This document shows, one piece after another, positions 57,712 through 64,000 of a stretch of DNA of 64,000 bases. Source of the stretch: Escherichia coli. Lineage in GTDB: Bacteria > Pseudomonadota > Gammaproteobacteria > Enterobacterales > Enterobacteriaceae. The stretch lies in NCBI GenBank assembly GCA_025336685.1, contig GCA_025336685.1_4717.1; one strand, 5' to 3'. Numbering within the stretch: the stretch's first letter is position 1; each line of letters opens with the position of its first letter. The translations under genes were made by a program, and so were the position numbers. The notes under the pieces are model-generated. The model had not been told where the DNA came from, did no database searches, and saw only the letters and a program-made list of their open reading frames with translations.

Positions 57712-58134
57712 TTAATTCAGTGACGTGTACAACGCATAACGACTGTAGATCTCAACCGCCGGTCCGTTATGCGTTAACAGACCATCTCGGTTGTAGTATT
57801 GGAAAAATGAATAACGTTTGTCGAAGTGATAAACGAAAGCAATGTCTTTGTCAAGACCTGTGATGCGCGGTCTGTTTTTATCTAGCAATGCTTTGACTTT
57901 TAACAGTGTTGCCGCACGTGCTTTAACATTAGGGATTAATCCATCACAGTCGATATAAACCGTGTAACCTGTTTCAGATGTTGCGACGGTTGTATTGCGA
58001 TTGACGCGGAAGATTTTTGTTTTGTATGTATCATCTTCAAGAATTGGGTTTTGTTTTTCGTATTTTCGTTTACGCAGAAATTCTACAACGGTAATATAGT
58101 TAGCGGTGATATGTCCGGTTATAGCTTGTAACAT
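57712..58134 (-). CDS. small hypothetical protein (140 aa)
   Basis: ATG with AGAGGA SD; no internal Met; contains a coding-embedded copy of the GGTAATATAG motif at 58090-58105. Confidence 0.75.
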   Translation of the reverse strand: MLQAITGHITANYITVVEFLRKRKYEKQNPILEDDTYKTKIFRVNRNTTVATSETGYTVYIDCDGLIPNVKARAATLLKVKALLDKNRPRITGLDKDIAFVYHFDKRYSFFQYYNRDGLLTHNGPAVEIYSRYALYTSLN

Positions 58135-58201
58135 CTTGACATCCTCTTATATTGGATTGATTGCAGTTATCTTAAATAGGCGATAAGATATCTTGCTCTT
58201 A

Positions 58202-58274
58202 TCACCTAGGTTGCGTTTTGTTAATAACAAAACGCATCGCCTTAGTGACCTATGTCACTAAGGTAATATAGCCG
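58202..58274 (-). promoter_or_regulatory. composite regulatory region: TCACCTAGGT half-motif, perfect 25-bp palindrome, 10-bp hairpin, then full GTCACTAAGGTAATATAGCCG motif
   Basis: Palindrome TGCGTTTTGTTAA-T-AACAAAACGCA at 58212-58236 and inverted repeat CCTTAGTGAC/GTCACTAAGG at 58240-58263, both read directly; TATATTAC on the minus strand. Confidence 0.4.
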
Positions 58275-58314
58275 TGAAATAGACTGCGTTAACAAGAAAT
58301 AAAACAGCATAAAA

Positions 58315-58358
58315 CCTCCTCCCCCATCCTACAAGAGGACGGTGGGAAGAGGGAGAGA
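58315..58358 (-). terminator. imperfect GC-rich junction hairpin after the stop of 58361-58762
   Basis: CCTCCTCCCCC...GGTGGGAAGAGGGAG with mismatches; flanked by CATAAAA; weakest family member. Confidence 0.3.
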
Positions 58359-58360
58359 GA

Positions 58361-58762
58361 TTAAATGTCGTGGACGGCATTGCCGTTTAACCAGCAATAC
58401 AGCTTAACGCGACACGGATACCGCTTCGTTGCAGCAGCCATTTCACCGCGTAAACGCTGGTAGATTTCATCCTGGTGTTCACGTTCGATGGGGTAATCAG
58501 CCCAGCATTCGATCATGACGTCACCATTAGTCAGAATCGTCGTACGCATCCTGTCCTGGACTCGACGATCTTTCCCAGCATTAGGGAAATACATCCCTTC
58601 AGTACGAATAAGGTCACCACAGGGCATGACTAACCATTCGTTCGTTTTGCCGGTATTCTTATAATCCGTTACAGCTTGCATTGCGGTGTCAACGCTAAAA
58701 GAAACATAATTCCAAACGGGGGTCCAACGATAGATTGCGGGTTGTTCAAGTGTTTCGTTCAT
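58361..58762 (-). CDS. small hypothetical protein (133 aa)
   Basis: ATG at 58762. Confidence 0.75.
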   Translation of the reverse strand: MNETLEQPAIYRWTPVWNYVSFSVDTAMQAVTDYKNTGKTNEWLVMPCGDLIRTEGMYFPNAGKDRRVQDRMRTTILTNGDVMIECWADYPIEREHQDEIYQRLRGEMAAATKRYPCRVKLYCWLNGNAVHDI

Positions 58763-58816
58763 GAGGTGCTTTTCCTATTTTTTATTTTCTGCACAGGATA
58801 AATTCAACGGCATAAA

Positions 58817-58848
58817 GCCCTTCCCTGCCCTTATATGGGGCGGGAAGA
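58817..58848 (-). terminator. junction hairpin (CCCTTCCCTGCCC-TTATAT-GGGGCGGGAAG) flanked by CATAAAG and TTTATG
   Basis: Imperfect inverted repeat; same flank pattern as the 28396 and 56285 copies. Confidence 0.45.
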
Positions 58849-58977
58849 GTTTATGACCGTAATGAGAATCTCTCACGACAAGCTCACGACGATTATCGCA
58901 TCACCCCGCGAGTGAGGGAGATCAGGATCACCTCCTACGTCGTAACGACAGTAATCCCGTTAACGCCACCTTAGGCA

Positions 58978-59616
58978 TTATGCAAAGCGACGCATGTAAC
59001 CCGCCAGATAGTTACGCGTATCGAAGTAGGCGATTTCAGGAATTGCGATATTAAGGTCGATAGCGCGGATTTCAACTTGGCGACGGCTTTCATCATAGAT
59101 CGCATCCATCAGACGCAGTACTGTCAGGAAAGCCATGCGGGTATGGTAGTCCAGCGGCATGTTATCGATACCGCGATACAGATAACGGTTTGCGTTGAAC
59201 GCCCCTTCGCGGTTATCTTTCCAGATCTTCAGAATATCAGCAAAGGCGGTGCGGAAAACCTCAGGATTATCCACATCCAGTAACGCACGGAAAGCAGACA
59301 TTAAAGATCGCTGATGACGGATCAAGGACTGCGGCGTTTGCGGCATGGTCGGACCCATTTCTTCCGCATATTTCTGGAACGGGGCAACCAGGGTTGCGGC
59401 ACGAGAAGCAACGATAGTGTTAGCCGGGGATTCACTCACCGCTGGTTTTGCAGGCTTTTCTTCAACGGTGGTTTCCTTCTTCTCAACAGCAACCGTTTCC
59501 GGTTGTGCTACAACGTTGTTGATTGGAGCAGCAGCCACACCATTTTCCGCGGTGGTCTCTACTGCTGTAATCTTTTCTTCCATTTGTGCGGAACGTTGGT
59601 CTTTATTCTTGCTCAT
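58978..59616 (-). CDS. hypothetical protein (212 aa)
   Basis: ATG with AGGAAA SD. Confidence 0.8.
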   Translation of the reverse strand: MSKNKDQRSAQMEEKITAVETTAENGVAAAPINNVVAQPETVAVEKKETTVEEKPAKPAVSESPANTIVASRAATLVAPFQKYAEEMGPTMPQTPQSLIRHQRSLMSAFRALLDVDNPEVFRTAFADILKIWKDNREGAFNANRYLYRGIDNMPLDYHTRMAFLTVLRLMDAIYDESRRQVEIRAIDLNIAIPEIAYFDTRNYLAGYMRRFA

Positions 59617-59641
59617 GTCTATTTCCTTTCATTTAACAAGG

Positions 59642-60943
59642 TTAACTAATGTAAAGTTCAGGATCGTAAGGCGCTAACGATACACTGGCGTTATGCATTG
59701 CTTTCATCATAGTGTTCATGAAAACGTTGTTTACACCAGTGATCTCTGCCCCGATCGCGTCTGGGGTTGGAGCCATCGCGTTACCGCAACAGGTAGCACA
59801 GTATTCCAACGGACCCGCCTTACAGCGTTGAGGATCGCGTAACTTGATGGTTTGTCCTTCCAAGGAAGCGAATAATTCAGCATCAATAAGTTTAAGCGCT
59901 GCGCCGTCGATCATGTAACGGCCGACAAGTAGCTTATCTTTGATGTGGTCGCGGTTTACCGTGAACAGAATATGTTCTTGGGTGCCGCAGTCGTCCATCG
60001 TGATTTTAAGGTTCTGTGTTGCACGTTGCGATTCTTTAGCCGTTTGTCCAGCTAAAGCGGTCAACGCACCACGTGAGAACGAACCAGCACGTGCACTGTT
60101 GTTGTACTCCGCCCAATGGTCGACGCGCATCCCTTCGGCCAGGCTGTGTGTGATAACGTTACGTTTACCAGGGTCAACGAAGTCGGCTTCAACCCCCATC
60201 ATGATGTGCGTTTTCTTTCGAGTATTACCGAAACTCTTACCTGGGTTAATATAGAACCCTTCCGATTCATCACCCTTAAAGGATTCCTTATCCATTTTGG
60301 TTAGCGTGGCTTCGAGTTTAATCAGTTCTTCAGGGGTGAACTTACCTTCCTCTTGTAAGCGTGCCAACTCTTTATCACGATAGGCAATAATATCATCATC
60401 AACCGTTAACGCTTTATCGCTCATCGATGGCACAATCAAACGGTTGATAGCGGTTAATGCGCTGATATTGTTGGTGAATTTCTTCACTTCGCTTGCGTAC
60501 AGCGGACCAATCGGACGCTCGTTAGGATCGGGTATTCCCTCTTCAGGGTCGTCTGCTACGCGTGGCGCAATCAGCGATTCTAGTGTGCCGCTGGTTAACC
60601 GTCCTGCCTGATATTCAATCTGAATACCGAAAGCGTCATAAAGGACGTACATATTGAACAACGCTTCACCGAAGGTTGTGGTGGTTGTGTTCTTAACCGA
60701 CGGTAGATCACCAGGTGCAAGCTCCAGCGGCTCCCAGAAATTCAACAAGGGTTTTGTTGGTTCTGTTTCCCATTGGTGTTCTTCACCGTCGATGGTAACC
60801 GTAACGATGTTACCTTGACGACGTAATTTAGGCTGATATTTCTCAGCGCCGCCTTCCGTAAAAGCAAATGCGTCGTTAATCCACTCAAGATAACGGTAGT
60901 GCCCTTCACGCAACGCGTAAAGGAAATAATCACGAGGTGTCAT
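59642..60943 (-). CDS. hypothetical protein (433 aa)
   Basis: ATG with AGGAG SD; C-terminal CATCCG...AIGAEITG...NTMMKAMH segment. Confidence 0.85.
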   Translation of the reverse strand: MTPRDYFLYALREGHYRYLEWINDAFAFTEGGAEKYQPKLRRQGNIVTVTIDGEEHQWETEPTKPLLNFWEPLELAPGDLPSVKNTTTTTFGEALFNMYVLYDAFGIQIEYQAGRLTSGTLESLIAPRVADDPEEGIPDPNERPIGPLYASEVKKFTNNISALTAINRLIVPSMSDKALTVDDDIIAYRDKELARLQEEGKFTPEELIKLEATLTKMDKESFKGDESEGFYINPGKSFGNTRKKTHIMMGVEADFVDPGKRNVITHSLAEGMRVDHWAEYNNSARAGSFSRGALTALAGQTAKESQRATQNLKITMDDCGTQEHILFTVNRDHIKDKLLVGRYMIDGAALKLIDAELFASLEGQTIKLRDPQRCKAGPLEYCATCCGNAMAPTPDAIGAEITGVNNVFMNTMMKAMHNASVSLAPYDPELYIS

Positions 60944-60956
60944 GTAACAACTCCTT

Positions 60957-61829
60957 TTAAACGTGGGTCAGGTCACCGTGACGTGAAACGAACTCTGATA
61001 ACGCTCGGGTTGCTTCTTTGGATTCTTCAGCCATCGGGAAGTTTGTGGTAACAAGCTCTCGTAGGACAGGAATGATTTCATTATCTTCGAGATCGGAAGC
61101 TAACGCGAATGCGATCAGTTCTTGGGCGTACGCATACGGCTGCTGACGTAATGCGGTAAGCTGATTCCGACACTGCGACATGAGCAGGTCCAGTGGAACC
61201 GCTATTGTACCCCCTTCATCAATATACTGACCGAATACCGGTGGGAACGCATCGCTGATTACACGAATTCGTCGACGGATGCGATCAGGAACCTGGACGT
61301 TTTCTTCGTCGGCGATATTTTCGCTGTCTTTCTCCAGCTTCTTGGTTAACACCTGCTGGATACGTGGGAGCAAGCTTGAATGCACGAAACTGATTAATGA
61401 TGCTACGTCCACAGCATCGACACCGTAAATATAATGCGCGCATTCCGCTAGCGCTTCAGCTGCGGTGTAGTCTTCATCTTCAACGATGGCGAGTAGAAAA
61501 GCGGTATCGTCATGTGTTTCCAGGTCTAATAACGTAGACGCCAGTGCATGAAGATATTTCAGACTATTCAGAGATAGTTGCCCTTCGTTAATTCGGATCC
61601 CGAAGGCGAGCAATTGTTGTTTATAAAGTTCGATACATCCGTTTGTTAAGATAGTATCTAATTCGTTTAAATCGTATTGTTCCCCAGCACCTGACAACAT
61701 CGTACTACAAAACGTTTCCAGTTGCTCGCATTTAAAATCTTGGTATAAACGATACATGCAGTGCTGTAACAGCGTACGCCTTGTTTCAGGGATCTTACCT
61801 TCTAACAAAGCCAAGACGGAATCAATCAT
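60957..61829 (-). CDS. hypothetical protein (about 290 aa)
   Basis: ORF-track start is GTG; ATG at 61829 has GGAG SD at 6 nt. Confidence 0.8.
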   Translation of the reverse strand: MIDSVLALLEGKIPETRRTLLQHCMYRLYQDFKCEQLETFCSTMLSGAGEQYDLNELDTILTNGCIELYKQQLLAFGIRINEGQLSLNSLKYLHALASTLLDLETHDDTAFLLAIVEDEDYTAAEALAECAHYIYGVDAVDVASLISFVHSSLLPRIQQVLTKKLEKDSENIADEENVQVPDRIRRRIRVISDAFPPVFGQYIDEGGTIAVPLDLLMSQCRNQLTALRQQPYAYAQELIAFALASDLEDNEIIPVLRELVTTNFPMAEESKEATRALSEFVSRHGDLTHV

Positions 61830-61925
61830 ATCCACTCCGATGCGGTAAATGTCTACTAGCTCTCATAATCTATTGAAGAAACTACCAGCTTACGCCAACT
61901 TAGATTAATCAGGAGTAACCATCCC

Positions 61926-62399
61926 ATGCCAGTTTCATCCAAACCAAGAAAAAAATCAGTAGGAAAACCTAAAGCTCAGGAAACAACAGCAATTCGTTGG
62001 GACGAGTTACGTGAACCTATCGAAAACTGCGAATTGTTATTAGGCACCCTGGGTGCGGCTATTTACCAGGCAACACAACCTTGCCGTTTACGATTAACCC
62101 AAAACAAGCGTGATGAGTTCGTTGCGTTATCAACAAGTACGAATAAAGATCTGACCGAACTTCAAACCGAGTTGACGACGATCAAGAACTCCATTACGCC
62201 GATGTATGGTAAAGAAGTCGATGAACAAAGTATTCTGTTACAGTACAACTACGGGATGTCGTTAATGAATATCCTGGAACGTGCATCCGATATTCTGCGT
62301 CCTGACGTTGCACGCCTGAGCCAACTGCGTGTTGAAGGGATGGAGAACCAGATCCGATTCGCTAACAGTGTTAAATCTCAAGGAGCCACCGAAGCATGA
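61926..62399 (+). CDS. hypothetical protein (157 aa)
   Basis: ATG with AGGAG SD; divergent from 60957-61829. Confidence 0.75.
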   Translation: MPVSSKPRKKSVGKPKAQETTAIRWDELREPIENCELLLGTLGAAIYQATQPCRLRLTQNKRDEFVALSTSTNKDLTELQTELTTIKNSITPMYGKEVDEQSILLQYNYGMSLMNILERASDILRPDVARLSQLRVEGMENQIRFANSVKSQGATEA

Positions 62400-64000
62400 G
62401 CGAACAAGAAAAAGAAGTCGTGACGAATCAGGAAGCCACCGAGCGTTCAGAGCCGTCCGTTGAAACTACGATTCCGGCAAGTGAGGGTAAAGACGAAGCC
62501 GTCGCTACCGAAGGGGATGTAGCGGCTCCAGAAGCAACCCATGAAGAAGAACCATCACATCCGCCGCTGGTCGATTTCTCGAAGGCGACGATACGTTTCC
62601 AATGCGAAGACATTCGTCCTAAGAGTCCGAAGAAAACAAAACGTCAACCGTTGGTGTTACCGCTGTATTCTCCGCGTGTACAGACAGCGTATTACAAGGA
62701 ATACATCAACGAAGCAATGGATACCGTGCAAGCCATTGTCGCTCAACGCGGTAAACCTTCGGACGAGCAATTTGATAAATTCAGTAAAGCGGTAGTGCAA
62801 TCGGTTGCTGATGGGCAATACCAACCGCGCGGGCCAGCTCATGATCGTGCGTTGGAGCGTAAGGGCAGTCAGTGGACTAACGTACCTGTAGACTCATCGG
62901 GTGTTGGTCGCGTTATTCCCGGCATCCCACAACCGAACCATATTCCTGATGATGTCGAAGCGCCGCTGACAGGAACCGACGCAATCTATTTTGCAATCCG
63001 CAATACGAAATCGGGCGCACCTGCGGTAATGCCGTTATGGCATAGCGGTATTAAGCTGCAGTTCAATCCACCGTCAAATGAACGTGTCGCAATTATGCAT
63101 GAACGTATAGCACGCGATAAAATCCTGGGTGGGCGTGATAGTACCGGTTTCCTGTTTTCGGCAACCTCGATTATCACCATGAAGCACGCAATCGAATTAG
63201 CGTTAGAATGCTGTTACATGGCCAACGTACCGAACCTGGATATCCAGCGTTTGAAAGACATTATCCCGGTTACCGATGTTCCGGCACTGTTGTTGAACGT
63301 GCTGGTAACCATGTACCCGTACGGGTATCCTTACGTGCAGACCTGCTATCAGAATCCAGAAACCTGCGACTATCGTGTTGAAGATACCGTAAGCTTTGCG
63401 AAGCTCTATCAAGTTGACAACAGCGCAATTACCAAACGTATGCGACAGATCATGACCGAAGGTCCGGTCATGACCGATGAACTTTTGCGTGAGTATGCGA
63501 ACGAGCTGGGCGAAACAAACTCCCGTACGCTGGATCTGTCCGACAACGGTTCTGTTATCATTGAGCTTGAAGTACCGAAGATTTCACGTCAGATCGCCAT
63601 GGGCGAACGCTGGTTAAGCGATACGCTGGAAGATCTGCGTGATATTCTATCGCGTCCGTCAATGACCGAAGAAGAGCGTGATCGTGTTATTCGTGAGCGT
63701 CAGTTCTATAGCTGGATGCGTCAGTATGATGCATGGATCAAATCGATGCATGTGTCGGTAAACGGCACCATGCGTCGTGTAAGCGATGCAGATACGGCAA
63801 CGGTATTAGCACAGCTGTCTCGTGACAGCGACCTTCGTGAACGCTATATCGATGGGTTGATGCAATTCATCGGCGATTCGACGATTGCGCTCGCAGCGAT
63901 GCCTGCCTGGAAATGTCCGAAATGTAATACCGATATTGCTGACAATCTGCGTGACCAGAAATACTACGATCTGATTGCTTTGGATGTACCCCAGCTTTTT
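62396..64000 (+). CDS. hypothetical protein, 3'-partial (more than 535 aa; continues past window end)
   Basis: ATG at 62396 in ATGA overlap with upstream stop; frame checked by hand open to the window end; optimised codon usage; absent from ORF track because no stop in window. Confidence 0.85.
   Translation, partial: MSEQEKEVVTNQEATERSEPSVETTIPASEGKDEAVATEGDVAAPEATHEEEPSHPPLVDFSKATIRFQCEDIRPKSPKKTKRQPLVLPLYSPRVQTAYYKEYINEAMDTVQAIVAQRGKPSDEQFDKFSKAVVQSVADGQYQPRGPAHDRALERKGSQWTNVPVDSSGVGRVIPGIPQPNHIPDDVEAPLTGTDAIYFAIRNTKSGAPAVMPLWHSGIKLQFNPPSNERVAIMHERIARDKILGGRDSTGFLFSATSIITMKHAIELALECCYMANVPNLDIQRLKDIIPVTDVPALLLNVLVTMYPYGYPYVQTCYQNPETCDYRVEDTVSFAKLYQVDNSAITKRMRQIMTEGPVMTDELLREYANELGETNSRTLDLSDNGSVIIELEVPKISRQIAMGERWLSDTLEDLRDILSRPSMTEEERDRVIRERQFYSWMRQYDAWIKSMHVSVNGTMRRVSDADTATVLAQLSRDSDLRERYIDGLMQFIGDSTIALAAMPAWKCPKCNTDIADNLRDQKYYDLIALDVPQLF

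Noticed and set aside
8470-58848. CRISPR array consisting of the repeated GC-rich palindromes
   Set aside because: Copies are kilobases apart, each at a separate gene junction, with no regular short spacers and variable sequence; this is a dispersed regulatory hairpin family, not a repeat-spacer array.
59642-60943. Possible RNA polymerase beta-prime-like subunit (C-terminal NTMMKAMH resembles the trigger-loop TQLTMRTFH; AIG match)
   Set aside because: Resemblance is limited to a few residues, the protein ends immediately afterwards (unlike beta-prime), and no NADFDGD or other catalytic motif was found; not enough to call.
1-64000. tRNA or other structured RNA genes in the longer intergenic gaps (14725-15057, 17281-17429, 52748-52968, 56282-56474, 58763-58977)
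   Set aside because: No cloverleaf-compatible arrangement or T-loop-like GTTCRANYC box was seen by eye; cannot be excluded without tRNAscan-SE or Infernal.
1-64000. Integrase, transposase, IS element or prophage boundary
   Set aside because: No terminal inverted repeats flanking a transposase-like ORF and no recombinase motifs were seen; the gene content is uniformly phage-like with continuous tight packing, so the window looks like the interior of a lytic jumbo-phage genome.

Overview
This 64 kb window reads as a dense block of a phiKZ-like jumbo bacteriophage genome, probably from an enterobacterial host; the assignment rests on gene content and motifs read by eye, not on any database search. 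About 55 protein-coding genes are packed with short gaps and ATGA-type overlaps, mostly on the minus strand, with plus-strand islands at 5534-8440, 18091-19701, 41056-45257, 52969-54712 and 61926-end. Recognisable content: (i) a virion/head module with a 740-aa candidate major capsid protein and at least four tandem paralogous head-internal proteins, both the capsid candidate and one paralog showing strongly optimised codon usage; (ii) the N-terminal 3'-5' exonuclease domain and motif A of a family-B DNA polymerase, broken by apparent frameshifts and ending before motifs B/C; (iii) a DnaB-like helicase homologue; (iv) a membrane-associated HExxH metallopeptidase; (v) several tandem paralog pairs of unknown function. 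Non-coding signal is unusually structured: a family of about 13 related GC-rich hairpins flanked by CATA...TATG sits at gene junctions, and a second motif (GGTAATATAG, i.e. TATATTAC on the minus strand) recurs 4-5 times. Four loci show frame disruptions (17.8 kb, 39.5-40.1 kb, 41.2 kb, 54.1-54.3 kb). No tRNA, rRNA, CRISPR array, integrase or transposase was recognised, and no known defence or anti-defence system could be identified by eye. Most product calls are 'hypothetical', and start codons were adjusted by hand where the ORF track used TTG/GTG and a better ATG with a Shine-Dalgarno sequence (SD) lay nearby.
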